A stretch of DNA of 64,000 nt, from positions 1 through 64,000 of the forward strand of contig CAWDOY010000042.1 in NCBI GenBank assembly GCA_963803975.1, written 5' to 3'. Below are positions 28,854-39,675 of this stretch, one piece after another. Numbering within the stretch: position 1 is the stretch's first letter; every line of letters begins with the position of its first letter. A program made the position numbers and the translations under genes. This DNA comes from an uncultured delta proteobacterium (GTDB lineage Bacteria > Desulfobacterota > WTBG01 > CAIYCZ01). Below the pieces are notes generated by a model. It worked only from the letters and a program-made list of their open reading frames with translations. It was not told the origin of the DNA and searched no databases.

Positions 28854-31800
28854 ATGAATGAGTTCAATGTGGTTAAAGAAACATTTGACATAATTTACGG
28901 CTCGTTGCCAATGCCCATCTTTCTGTTTGACGAAAAAGCCAGGCTGATAAAGGCAAACCAGGCATTCCTTGATCTCTCCAAGGCAAACGCAGCTGACCTT
29001 CAGAGCTTTTTCGTAGCTTCTTTTTTTAAGGTGCTCAAAACATACCGGTTCCCTGTCCCAGACCGTTATGTCACCGAGCTTACCAGTTTAAGCGGCGAGG
29101 TTATTCCAGTAGAACTTAATTATACCAAATTTTCCGGGGCTGACGATTATGCCAAGGGCTGCATTGTTTTTTTAACTGATTTGCGGGAAACACATAAACT
29201 AAAGGAGCATATAAATCAATTAGCTATTGAAAAGGATGTCCTTAAAATTCAACTGGAGGGGGAAGATCCGGATCAGGCCTTACTGGAGAGGAAAAAACTG
29301 GAGCAGCAGCTAAAAGATGAAAAAGCATTTCTTGAAAACATCCTGGAATCCTGTGGCGATGGAATAATTATTTTTGATGGAAAGGGAACAATAACTCGCG
29401 TAAACGAGGCATTTACCCGGATTGTAGGAAAAGATAAAAAGAAAATAACAGGAATTTTTTCTTCCCTGGGTCCTGCCGAAGGAACATTTAAATCAACCAC
29501 CGGTGAGATGATTACGCTGGACCAGTCTTACCGTGAGTATACCTACCGCCAGGTGGAAAAATTTGTTAAGCTCAAAGATGGTGAAAAAATTGAGAACTGG
29601 GAGCTCTATGCTTTTAACAAGAATGGCGAAGTTGTTCCTTTGGATGCAACAGCAACGGTGCAACGAAATGCCTCAGGGCTTATGACGGGCTCGGTTTGTG
29701 TCCTGCGGGACATCACTGAAAGAAAAAAGGCGGAGTCAGCAATTCGCGAGGCATATCAATTTCGCAGCCAATTTTTCACTAATATCACCCATGAATTTCG
29801 AACGCCGCTCACCCTGGTTATCGGTCCCGCAGAGGAAATTCTGCGGGGTACGTTCGGGAAAATCAATAAATCTATTTCAGGTCAGCTCACCGTTGCCCTG
29901 ATGAATGCCAGACGGCTGTTAAAATTGATCAATCAGCTGCTTGATTTCAGCATGCTGGAGTCGGGAGCCAAGAATATAATGTTTGAAAAAAAGGATCTGA
30001 AAAAATTTACTGCGGCGATACTTGACTCTTTTGCCCTTATTGCAAAAAAGAAGCATATTAAACTCACTTTTAATGCTGAGCGTGATCTTCCTGATGTTCC
30101 TATCGACCCGGGCAAAATGGAAAAAATCCTTTTTAATCTCATTGGAAATGCTTTCAAATTTACGCCTGAAAAGGGCTCCATCACCGTTACCATTACGAAG
30201 CAGGTTGGATTCAGGGCTGGGACAGACTGGAATGAAAAAGTTGCGAATGACTCCTGCATAAAAACTGCAGTTCCGGAGGGCAATTGTGCAAAGATATCAA
30301 TTCATGATACCGGCATCGGCATTAAAGAAGAAGATCTGCCAAAGATATTTGATCGCTTCAATCAGGGCAGTATCTCTTACAATAATAAACAGGGGGGAGC
30401 GGGTATAGGGCTTGCCTATGCCAAGGAGCTGGCTGAATTTATGGGAGGGCACATCACCGTTAGCAGTCAGTATGGCAAGGGGTCTGCTTTTTCAATATAT
30501 CTGCCCGTGGATGGCCCTCAGGTTAATAAAAAAGCTGATGCCGGGACATCTGACGAGGAATTGTCATTGCAGGCCGCGGTAGAGCTTTCAGATGTTTATC
30601 AGGAAGAAGATATCATCCCGGAGAGTATCAGCGGTACCAAGCCTCTTATTCTTATCGTTGATGATAATCCTGATATTCGCCAGTATGTTTCAGGGATTAT
30701 AACAAGGGATTATGATTTCATACCAGCACGCAACGGCAACGAAGCTTTGCAGAGACTGGAGACACATGTACCGGATGTAATCCTGTGCGATGTGTTGATG
30801 CCTGAGATGGATGGACATGAGTTATTGAAGCGCGTTAAAGCAAAGCCCGGCCTGCAGGAAATACCCTTTATATTTTTGACTGCCCGGGCAGACACTGAAA
30901 TGAAGATCGAGGGTCTGGAAAAAGGTGCTGATGATTACATTGTGAAACCCTTTAACTCTCTTGAGCTCCTTGCAAGGATCAAGTCGCTTTTAAGAATCAG
31001 GGATCTGCTGCGTACAGCCAAGGCACAGGAGAAACGAATAGATACCCTCACCCAGAAACTCCAGGGGAAATATCACTATGGCAGTATCATGGGCAACAGC
31101 CCATCCATGCGAAAAATTTATCAGCTTATCGAGGCAATAAAAGACAGTGATTCAAATGTGCTCATTAGTGGGGAGACCGGCACTGGCAAGGAACTGGTTG
31201 CCAATGCTATCCATTATAACAGCCCGCGGAAAAATGGTCCCATGGTATCTGTCAACTGCGGGGCAATTCCCAAAGAATTGATGGAACGCGAATTTTTCGG
31301 TCATGTAAAAGGAGCCTATACCGGTGCTGTTGATTCACGTAAAGGATATTTTGCTGAGGCTGATAAGGGAACTCTGTTGCTCGATGAGATTGGAGAAATG
31401 GACAAAGACATGCAGGTAAAGCTGCTGCGGGTGCTGGAACGAGGAGAAATGATGCAGGTAGGTGCTGCCGTGCCGACCAGGGTTGATGTCCGTCTTGTCG
31501 CAGCCACAAACAAGAATTTACTTGCCGAAGTGCAAAAGGGAAATTTCAGAGAAGACCTGTATTACCGGATTCATGTAATACCCATTCATCTTCCTCCGCT
31601 CAGGCACCGCACAGAAGATATACCGCTGCTGATAGACCTGTTTCTGAAAAATTTCCAGAAAAAATTTAAAAAAGCCTTTCCCTCCTTTACAGAAAAAGAA
31701 ATAAGCCTGTTTATGGACTATTCCTATCCTGGCAATGTGCGTGAACTGGAAAACATTGTGGAACGATTTTGTCTGCTGGGAGATGATGTTGCCAATCTGT

Positions 31801-32042
31801 TTAATGAGAAGCCAGCTAATGCAGATTTGCTTCCCGCAGAGGTTACCTGTGACGAACAGCTTTCAAGTTCAAACCCCTTAAAAAAAGCTGCTCAAAGTGC
31901 AAAAGAGCATGCTGAAAAAAATATTATTTTGTATGCATTAAAAATTTGTCGCAATAATTATCCGCAAACAGCACAGAAGCTAAAGATCAGCCGTGCCTAT
32001 CTTTATGAGAAAGTAAAAAAGTATGGAATAACAAAACCATAA
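28854..32042 (+). CDS. Hybrid PAS-PAS-histidine kinase-receiver-sigma-54 AAA+ activator-HTH
   Basis: ITHEFRTPL (H box), NLIGNAFKFT, DTGIGI, GAGIGL; receiver LIVDDN/DVLMPEMDG/KPF; GETGTGKE, GAYTGA, LLDEIGEM, FREDLYYR; Fis-type HTH. Confidence 0.93.
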   Translation: MNEFNVVKETFDIIYGSLPMPIFLFDEKARLIKANQAFLDLSKANAADLQSFFVASFFKVLKTYRFPVPDRYVTELTSLSGEVIPVELNYTKFSGADDYAKGCIVFLTDLRETHKLKEHINQLAIEKDVLKIQLEGEDPDQALLERKKLEQQLKDEKAFLENILESCGDGIIIFDGKGTITRVNEAFTRIVGKDKKKITGIFSSLGPAEGTFKSTTGEMITLDQSYREYTYRQVEKFVKLKDGEKIENWELYAFNKNGEVVPLDATATVQRNASGLMTGSVCVLRDITERKKAESAIREAYQFRSQFFTNITHEFRTPLTLVIGPAEEILRGTFGKINKSISGQLTVALMNARRLLKLINQLLDFSMLESGAKNIMFEKKDLKKFTAAILDSFALIAKKKHIKLTFNAERDLPDVPIDPGKMEKILFNLIGNAFKFTPEKGSITVTITKQVGFRAGTDWNEKVANDSCIKTAVPEGNCAKISIHDTGIGIKEEDLPKIFDRFNQGSISYNNKQGGAGIGLAYAKELAEFMGGHITVSSQYGKGSAFSIYLPVDGPQVNKKADAGTSDEELSLQAAVELSDVYQEEDIIPESISGTKPLILIVDDNPDIRQYVSGIITRDYDFIPARNGNEALQRLETHVPDVILCDVLMPEMDGHELLKRVKAKPGLQEIPFIFLTARADTEMKIEGLEKGADDYIVKPFNSLELLARIKSLLRIRDLLRTAKAQEKRIDTLTQKLQGKYHYGSIMGNSPSMRKIYQLIEAIKDSDSNVLISGETGTGKELVANAIHYNSPRKNGPMVSVNCGAIPKELMEREFFGHVKGAYTGAVDSRKGYFAEADKGTLLLDEIGEMDKDMQVKLLRVLERGEMMQVGAAVPTRVDVRLVAATNKNLLAEVQKGNFREDLYYRIHVIPIHLPPLRHRTEDIPLLIDLFLKNFQKKFKKAFPSFTEKEISLFMDYSYPGNVRELENIVERFCLLGDDVANLFNEKPANADLLPAEVTCDEQLSSSNPLKKAAQSAKEHAEKNIILYALKICRNNYPQTAQKLKISRAYLYEKVKKYGITKP

Positions 32043-32240
32043 TCTCAATGTAAACAATTTATGGACAATGTCAATTTTTTCACGAAACTTAGAAACAACT
32101 GTTAAGTCAAGTGGTTGTAAACATCTGCAGCTTTTTCTGTCCTCAATATATGGAATTTTTTTGAACTGCCCCATTGATAAGAACCTCGCCATTAAATCTA
32201 ACCTGCTGTAATCCAATCCCATTTTAAATAAATAGGCTTT

Positions 32241-32256
32241 TGGCATATTTTTTGGT
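32241..32256 (+). promoter_or_regulatory. Candidate sigma-54 (-24/-12) promoter
   Basis: TGGCATATTTTTTGGT against consensus TGGCACGNNNNTTGCW (the -12 C is G here); lies between the activator gene and the 32330 start, in an AT-rich region. Confidence 0.45.
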
Positions 32257-32329
32257 TAATACGACCGCATAACTTTATATCATAATTTGGGAACTTTATA
32301 TAATATACAGAAGGGAGCAATCAAAAAGC

Positions 32330-34283
32330 ATGAAACTGTTGGACACTGGTTTTATTGGTAACATTGAGATTAAAAATCGTATCGTTATGGCGGCCATGGG
32401 CGGCCATGGGATGCATGAGCCTGACGGAGACTGGGGTGAACGCTATCTGGCTTATTTTGAGGCCAGAGCCCGCGGCGGTGTTGGCCTTATTACGACCGAG
32501 GCGACCTTCGTTTCCCAGGCATTGGAGCCTTTTGCAAAAAGTTTGTTTAACGTGGCCTCTGACAAACATCTGGCTTCGATGCGCCGCCTTGCAGATATAC
32601 TTCATTCCTATAATTGCAGGCTGAGCATTCAGCTGACTGCCGGGTTCGGCCGCGTTGTCCCGTTCCCCACAGTACCCGAAGGCGTTAAGCCGGTTTCGGC
32701 ATCAGAAAACAGTTATTTTTATTTTCCTGACGACCCTGCATGGACAACCAGGGAGATAACGACTGAAGAAGCAGAGGCTCTTGCCCGGGCTTTCGGCTAC
32801 GCTGCGATGCGCTGCCGCGAGGCAGGAGCGGACTGTGTTGAGCTGCACGGCCACGAGGGCTATCTTCTGGATCAGTTCATGACCGGCCTCTGGAACAGCC
32901 GCAATGACCGCTACGGCGGTTCCCGGGAGAAGCGGCTCACCTTTGCCCGTGAATCAATCGAGGCAATCCAGCGCGAAGCCGGCACTGATTTCCCGATTAT
33001 CTACCGCTATGGCATTACCCACTATCTTGAGGGCGGACGGGAAGAAGAGGAAGGGCTGTGGATAGCCGGAGAGCTTGAGAAAATGGGAGTCAGCGCACTG
33101 CACGTTGACGCCGGCTGCTACGAGACGCACTGGTGGCCCCATCCGCCCCAGTATGCACCGCCGGGCTGCCTGGTGGATCTGGCAGGGAAAGTCAAAAAGG
33201 TCAGCAGCCTGCCGGTTATTACCGTAGGTCGTCTGCACTACCCTGATGTGGCTGAAAAAGCACTGGCCGAGGGCAAGGCCGACTTTGTCGCCATCGGCAG
33301 GGGCCTGCTCTCTGAGCCGGAATGGGTGAACAAGGTTCAGAGCAACAGGATCGCTGAGATCATTCCCTGCTTAGGCTGTCATGAAGGCTGCAAGTGGCAG
33401 ATGATAGTCGGGGAACCGACCAGCTGCTCGCTGAACCCCACCACCGGGCATGAAACCGATCGGCAACTTATTCCGCTGAAGCAGAAACGCACTCTCCTGG
33501 TGGTCGGCGGCGGACCGGGTGGCATTGAAGCAGCCCGGGTTGGAGCAGAGCGCGGTTTTGACGTTACCCTGTGGGAGGCCTCTGACCGGCTGGGTGGAAA
33601 TCTCTGGCCCGCTGCAAAGCCTGATTTCAAGCATGACCTTGCAGACTACATAAAATATCTCAATGGACTTGTACGGCGCTTGCCCGTCAATGTTGTGCTT
33701 AATAAAAAGGCCACAGCCGGGGATATCCAAAACTTTGGCGCAGACTATGTTATCCTTGCTACCGGAGCAAACATGGAGCCGCCCCCTTTTAACAGCTGGA
33801 CAACAGATAGATTGCTGACAGTGATCCAGGTGCTGAGCGGCATGGAGCCGCAAGGAGAAAGAATACTGGTCATGGGCGGCGGTATTCTCGGATGTGAAAC
33901 CGCGGTTTATCTGGCGCGCCGGGGCAAGCTGGTTACCATCAGTACCAGGGGGGATGCCGACGCACTGGCTGCAGACCACTTTGACCACAATAACCGTGAA
34001 ATGCTTCTGCTGATGATACAGGCTGCCACTATCAATGTGCTGCCAGGCACGGTGCCGGTAAGGCTTGAAAAAGACGGTGTTGTGGCCAGGCAACAAGGTG
34101 TAGAGACGAAGATTGCAGCTGACAGTCTTGTTTTTGCAGGTCGATTCATGCCGGAAAACAGTCTTAGCAAGGCCTTTGGCGACTAGAGGGAATATTTTCA
34201 GCATTGGTGACTGTGTGGAACCCGGCCGGATTATGGATGCTGTGTGGGGGGCTTTTAAGGTCGTACGAGCAATTGAACAATAG
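32330..34283 (+). CDS. Old-yellow-enzyme family NADH:flavin oxidoreductase with 4Fe-4S and FAD domain (2-enoate reductase/BaiCD-like); frameshift near 34180
   Basis: IKNRIVMAAM, ARARGGVGLI, LHGHEGYLLDQF, N.RNDRYGGS, CLGCHEGC..CSLNP, VVGGGPGG; tail IFSIGDCVEPGRIMDAVW in the next frame. Confidence 0.9.
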
Positions 34284-34570
34284 CTCATATCTTTGTCTTT
34301 TTCTTAACTGCAGATAAACACGGTTGAAAAAAAGATGCAGGATACTATGGACAGATATACACGGGACGAATGCTAACCCTGTTTTTATCAAGCTGAGTAT
34401 CAGACACGAAAGGGAATTCGCACTACCGAATGAATTTACGGAAGTGCGTATCTCAGACAACAATTGAAGCGTTATGTAAAACTGCTTGCGGGTTATGCAG
34501 TTTTCACAAACCTATTACCTCAGGATAATGAGAGCCTTCAATCGACCCATATGAACGACGAGAGAACATA

Positions 34571-35275
34571 ATGAATAATAATCCCCCGAACAACAGCAAA
34601 AAAACAGTAGTTGTCGCAGGCGCGACAGGAAGGGCCGGCAGATGTATTATAAAAGAATTGTTGCGCAGCGGTTATCGCGTACGGGCACTGCTGGTACCTC
34701 CCTTTGATTCGCCCGATCCGTCAGGGCTCATCCAGCCAGAGATAGAGCTGGTACAAGGAGACCTTGGCTCAGCAGCATCTCTTGAACTGATTATGGAGGG
34801 TGCTGACTATGTGATAAGTGCCATCGGATCAAAAAAACCGTTTAGCAAAAAGGAAAACAACCGGATCGACAACCTGGGCAATCAGAACCTTGCAAGAGCT
34901 GCACAGTCAAAGGGATTGCAGCACCTGGTGGTTATCTCTTCGACGGGCGTTGGTGATAGCAGGGAGGCTGTTCCATGGCTGTACCGCATAGCAATGGGAC
35001 CGGTACTGAAGATGAAGGAAAAATCCGAGAATTTCATCAGGTCCTGCGGCATTGCCTATACGATTATCCGACCCGGGGGATATACGGAAAAAGCATTACC
35101 GGATGATATTGTTTTCGGGGAAGGCGGTAAAATTTCCGGTCTGGTAAAAAGAGAGCAAATTGCCCGCGTATGTGTCGCTGCGTTAAGCAACCCGGCAATG
35201 AGAAACAGGACCTTTGAAGTTGTCAATGCCGCAACCTTGAAAGAAGAGCGACGTAAATTTGTCATAACAGTTTGA
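34571..35275 (+). CDS. Atypical SDR / NAD(P)H-binding protein (NAD_binding_10, BLVRB/NmrA-like)
   Basis: VVAGATGRAG, VQGDL, VISAIGS and YTIIRPGG motifs. Confidence 0.85.
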   Translation: MNNNPPNNSKKTVVVAGATGRAGRCIIKELLRSGYRVRALLVPPFDSPDPSGLIQPEIELVQGDLGSAASLELIMEGADYVISAIGSKKPFSKKENNRIDNLGNQNLARAAQSKGLQHLVVISSTGVGDSREAVPWLYRIAMGPVLKMKEKSENFIRSCGIAYTIIRPGGYTEKALPDDIVFGEGGKISGLVKREQIARVCVAALSNPAMRNRTFEVVNAATLKEERRKFVITV

Positions 35276-35523
35276 CCGGTGCTTTTTCATTACTGTCTGC
35301 TTCAGGCTGTCAACCGGAAGCAGCAGGGAACTCATAAGGAAACGGTTGCTGCGCAGGGTATAAGCCCCTGCGGGATTTTCGGTTCGTCATTGATACATGC
35401 AGCAGCACCTATCGTGTGCTGCTGGTCAGCATTGATTAAAATGCGCTGCTGCTACAAGGAAGGGTCCGGGCATGCATGCTTTTCTCTCTATGTCCGGATA
35501 CCTGATTTTTACAAAAAGGATCT

Positions 35524-37899
35524 GTGACGGTGAAAAAGTTTGCTGAATTCATTATTCGTAGGCGCATCCTGATTTTAGTCATCATCAGTATTGTCACCGG
35601 TTTTTTCATGTATGAGCTTACCAGTCTCTCGGTAAAGACAAAAATTGCTGACCTGCTGCCACAGAAACACCCCTACATAAAAGTCCATAATAAAATCAGG
35701 CATATTTTTGGCGGGTCCAATCAGGTACTCATTATGGTCCAGGTCCGCACGGGTGATATTTTCAATCAAAAGACCCTCACCAAGATCCAATGGATTACCC
35801 GCGAGCTTGAAAATATACCCGGAGTTGATCCATACAAAATCAGGTCCATTGCCGTATCAAAGATGAAGACCTTTAAATACACCTCGGGAACCATGCAGAT
35901 TGATCCGCTCATGTATCCCGACATTCCGCGCAATGAACAAGAGATGAATACGCTCCGCGATAATATATACAGCAATCCGCAGTATTACGGGCAAAACGTA
36001 TCCTATGACAGTAAAAAGAGCCTTATCACGGTAGATTTTCTGGAAGAGGACATCGACTACCGTACGGTGTTCAATGAACTCAGCCGTATCAGGCAGCATA
36101 CCGAGGATGAAAACCATATCGTCAGCATTGCCGGCGAGCCAATGCATCTGGGCTATATTGACCAGCTCACGGGCCAGGTTCTGATAGTGCTCGGCGGAAC
36201 GGTTTTCAGCATGATCATAATGCTCTTTATATACTACAAAAGTATTCGGGCAGTGGTTATCCCGGTATTGTCTGCTGCAATAAGCGCTGTCTGGGGGTTG
36301 GGCTTTATGGCCCTTGCCGGGTTTAACCTCGATCCGCTTATACTGGTTTTGCCATTTCTCATTGCCCTTATGACCGCGCGCCATTCCATGCAGTGCTTAA
36401 GCCGTTATCTGGAAGAGTATGCGACCGCTAAAAATATCCAAACAGCAGCAGTAGCGACGATTGAAAGCATGTTCCTTCCCGGCGTTACCAGCATTATTAC
36501 CGATGCGCTGGGCATTGCCCTGGTTGCTATTGCGGTAATACCGGTACTGACAAACATTGCCGTTGCATGCAGTTTCTGGTGCATCGCAACAGTTTTTCTC
36601 TCTGTGATTTTTACCCCTCTTTTACTTTCATTCATTCCAGAGACAAAACGAATGAGAAAGTATATGCAGCGGTCACTGGATCAGGAAAGGCAGGATTATC
36701 GCGACAGATTTCTCAGCATGGTCGGACGCTGGATACCCCGGCGGGGGAAATGGTATGTTACTGCAGTTACTCTTGTTATGGTTATCGTGGGACTTAATTA
36801 TGCCCAGCAGATAAACGTTGGAGATTTTATGCCCGGCTCTTCAATCTTATGGCCCTTTCATAGATACAACAAGGATGCATTCAGGATTACTTTCAGCATG
36901 CCGTTGCTCAATCCGCTTTACATTATTCTTGAGGGCGAGGGGGGAAAATTTGATGACGAAAAAGGAGGCGGCTTTGTTACCCAGGCTGCAACGCTCAGAG
37001 AGATGAACAGGTTTACCCGGTATATGATGCAGCATGAACGGGTGATGTTTGCCATGTCAATTGTTAGTACTGTACCCAGATTTTTAATGTCAACCTATGA
37101 GGATGATCCCCAGTGCTTTCACCTGCCCCGGGAAGACGAAGCCCTGCATTTCATTACCCGCCGACTTCTCCACTCAGGTGAACCCGGCACCTGGGATAAG
37201 TATGTGGACACGGAAGAAACCTATGCAAATATAGTAATTTACTGCCGCGATAAAATGCCCAAAACCATTGAAGGCGTATTTCAGCACATACAGGCGTATT
37301 TAGCCAAAAATCCCGGCCCGCCGGGGGGGAAGTATCGGTTAGCAGGTGGCGCTGTCGGGGTTCAGGCAGCAGTTCGCGAGGTCATCGCAGATGCTCAGAT
37401 ATGGAATCTCATCCTTGCGCTGGGAGGGGTGTGGCTGTTCTGTGCGCTTGAGTTCAAGTCAATCACTGCCGGGCTTATACTTACCATACCGCTTGCCATT
37501 TCCAATGTCCTAACGTTTGCCCTCATGGGTGCCTACCAGATCGGGCTCACGGTTAATACCTTTCCGGTGGCTTCCGTGGGCATCGGGCTGGGGGTGGATT
37601 ACGGCATCTATTTTGTCGGCCGGCTGGTGGAAGAGAAAGAGAAAGGAGTAACGCTTACCGCAGCAATATACAAAGCACTCACCACCAACGGCAAATCTAT
37701 TATTCAGATAGCAACAACTATTACGCTCGGGCTTGTTTTGTGGGCATTTTCACCCCTGAAATTCCAGGCTGAGATGGGCATCCTGCTGGCTATTCTCTTG
37801 TTTTTGAATATGCTTGGTGCTCTTTTTCTTGTGCCGGCGTTGATCTGCATCCTTAAGCCAAAATTTATAACTAATGTTCATCCAGCCACGCAAGAATAG
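35524..37899 (+). CDS. MMPL/RND-family transporter
   Basis: Two halves, each 1 TM + periplasmic loop + 5 TM; GIGLGVDYGIY motif. Confidence 0.9.
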   Translation: MTVKKFAEFIIRRRILILVIISIVTGFFMYELTSLSVKTKIADLLPQKHPYIKVHNKIRHIFGGSNQVLIMVQVRTGDIFNQKTLTKIQWITRELENIPGVDPYKIRSIAVSKMKTFKYTSGTMQIDPLMYPDIPRNEQEMNTLRDNIYSNPQYYGQNVSYDSKKSLITVDFLEEDIDYRTVFNELSRIRQHTEDENHIVSIAGEPMHLGYIDQLTGQVLIVLGGTVFSMIIMLFIYYKSIRAVVIPVLSAAISAVWGLGFMALAGFNLDPLILVLPFLIALMTARHSMQCLSRYLEEYATAKNIQTAAVATIESMFLPGVTSIITDALGIALVAIAVIPVLTNIAVACSFWCIATVFLSVIFTPLLLSFIPETKRMRKYMQRSLDQERQDYRDRFLSMVGRWIPRRGKWYVTAVTLVMVIVGLNYAQQINVGDFMPGSSILWPFHRYNKDAFRITFSMPLLNPLYIILEGEGGKFDDEKGGGFVTQAATLREMNRFTRYMMQHERVMFAMSIVSTVPRFLMSTYEDDPQCFHLPREDEALHFITRRLLHSGEPGTWDKYVDTEETYANIVIYCRDKMPKTIEGVFQHIQAYLAKNPGPPGGKYRLAGGAVGVQAAVREVIADAQIWNLILALGGVWLFCALEFKSITAGLILTIPLAISNVLTFALMGAYQIGLTVNTFPVASVGIGLGVDYGIYFVGRLVEEKEKGVTLTAAIYKALTTNGKSIIQIATTITLGLVLWAFSPLKFQAEMGILLAILLFLNMLGALFLVPALICILKPKFITNVHPATQE

Positions 37900-37991
37900 G
37901 AAAAGCAAAGCAGCATGAATAATAGATATCGCTGAACATTAGGAGATTTATTGGAATGTGCAGCAAACACAAAACGAAAGGAGGGGTTCCC

Positions 37992-39605
37992 ATGAAAGAC
38001 AAATTTTTTATCCCCGGCGTCATCGCAGGGGTACTGTTATTCTTTTCCGTGCTTCCCCGGCACTGTTCAGCTTCGCTGGATTTTTTCGATGGAAGACTCA
38101 GGGTAAAGGGGAGTTTGTATGAATTCATGATTTACCGTACGCAAGTAACCGACGAAGAGCGGCAGTACCGGGACACCGAATGGGGGCTTATGCGCACCAA
38201 AGGTACCCTTGAGCTGCTGTACAAAGCGGTTGAGAATGACAAGCTTCTCGTAAATCTATTCGGGTTTTTCAAGTACTGGCATGAATCAGTACCGGACTTT
38301 GATAACAAGTACCGGCGCAGTATTGCACCGCAGGACAGAAAAAAATATCAAGGGCCTTTATTTGACCAGGATGACTGGATCAATGAGGCCTATGCAGATA
38401 TTTACTATGGGCCCTGGAACATCCGGCTGGGTAAACAGATCGTGTTCTGGAGCGAGGTAGAGATGGTGCGCACCATTGACCGGATCAATACCCTTGATTT
38501 GCGCTATACCACCCCCGGAATTGACCCGTGGGACGAAATAAAGCTGGGACTGTGGATGATGCGCGGGTTCTACAACTCTACCCTGCCGGGGCAGCTTGTT
38601 TTTGAATGGATCTGGATTCCGGGAGATTTTGAGCAGGTCAGGACCCCAACCGACGGGACCAGCATGGCCGGCGGCGTTGTTAGACCGGAGGGTCCGGAGG
38701 GTCGCAGGCCGCGGCCATTTGGGCAGAAAGCATTGGCCGACCTTTTGTTTCAGCGGGCACGGCCGGCTGTTACTCTGCGCAATTCATCCTGGGCCTTAAG
38801 AATCCGGGGCAATTCAGGGGTTAATCTTTTCAAAGAGGATTATCTGCTTGACTGGACCGTAAGCTGGTTTCACGGCATGGAGACAAGTCCTGTTGCCCGC
38901 ACAAAAACCCTTGGGAAACCCAGCGCAACCAATTTAAACCCCAACACCCTGAATGGACTTATGGGGAGGAATGCGGTGAGCCGTGTCTTCGGTCTGCCAC
39001 TCCCGCAGGTGCCCTATTACAGTCTTTTCGAGTATAAATTTTTTGATGCAATCGGGGCAAGTTGTCAAACCCTCGTACCGGCAATAGAGTCGGTTGTGCG
39101 CGGTGAACTGTCTTATGAAATTGGCGTGCCCATCAACACAACCTTTCCCAAGAACATTGAGCCATCGGGCGACTTCATAACCGGCAACTCAGAACGTGAC
39201 CAGGTGAATGTTGGTCTTACTGTTGATCGACCGGTCCTCATCCCCTGGCTCCAGGAACGCGGGTGGGCCGCATTTGATTGTTCTTTAGGCTGGAGTGCGC
39301 AGTGGCGGCTTGGCAATGTCAGCCGCAGGTGGTCATCGTTTGGCTGGGGGGATAAGTCCCAGAGCAATTTGTCGGCATTGGTTAAAGGCAAGTTTTATCA
39401 TGAAGAGTTCCGGCCGGTAATTCGCTTTTTGTACAATACCCGCAACTGGGGCTACGGCGTCATAGCCTGTCAGTATGCGCCTGGAGAGCATATGCGCTAT
39501 GAAGCAGGATACCTGGGATTTTTTGCCAAAGATACGACCGACTCAAGTGAAGCCTCAATGGCACGCGGGGATTGCCTCTATTTTCGTATCGGGTATGAGT
39601 TTTAA
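37992..39605 (+). CDS. DUF1302-like outer-membrane beta-barrel
   Basis: Signal peptide; EAYAD, IRLGKQIVFWSE, DRIN.LD; C-terminal YFRIGYEF beta-signal. Confidence 0.8.
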   Translation: MKDKFFIPGVIAGVLLFFSVLPRHCSASLDFFDGRLRVKGSLYEFMIYRTQVTDEERQYRDTEWGLMRTKGTLELLYKAVENDKLLVNLFGFFKYWHESVPDFDNKYRRSIAPQDRKKYQGPLFDQDDWINEAYADIYYGPWNIRLGKQIVFWSEVEMVRTIDRINTLDLRYTTPGIDPWDEIKLGLWMMRGFYNSTLPGQLVFEWIWIPGDFEQVRTPTDGTSMAGGVVRPEGPEGRRPRPFGQKALADLLFQRARPAVTLRNSSWALRIRGNSGVNLFKEDYLLDWTVSWFHGMETSPVARTKTLGKPSATNLNPNTLNGLMGRNAVSRVFGLPLPQVPYYSLFEYKFFDAIGASCQTLVPAIESVVRGELSYEIGVPINTTFPKNIEPSGDFITGNSERDQVNVGLTVDRPVLIPWLQERGWAAFDCSLGWSAQWRLGNVSRRWSSFGWGDKSQSNLSALVKGKFYHEEFRPVIRFLYNTRNWGYGVIACQYAPGEHMRYEAGYLGFFAKDTTDSSEASMARGDCLYFRIGYEF

Positions 39606-39675
39606 CCTGCACGGGTGCGTGCCCGTTCAGTGGTTGTTTGGGCAGGACGCTGTATTCAAAACACAGGAGGAGATT

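Noticed and set aside
32330..34283. Bilirubin reductase BilR ortholog
   Set aside because: The active-site segment is HGHEGY (enoate-reductase-like) rather than the HGDR motif I recall for BilR; only a family-level link is kept
35279..35527. 82-aa ORF upstream of the MMPL gene
   Set aside because: No RBS or recognisable motif; probably non-coding leader or decayed sequence
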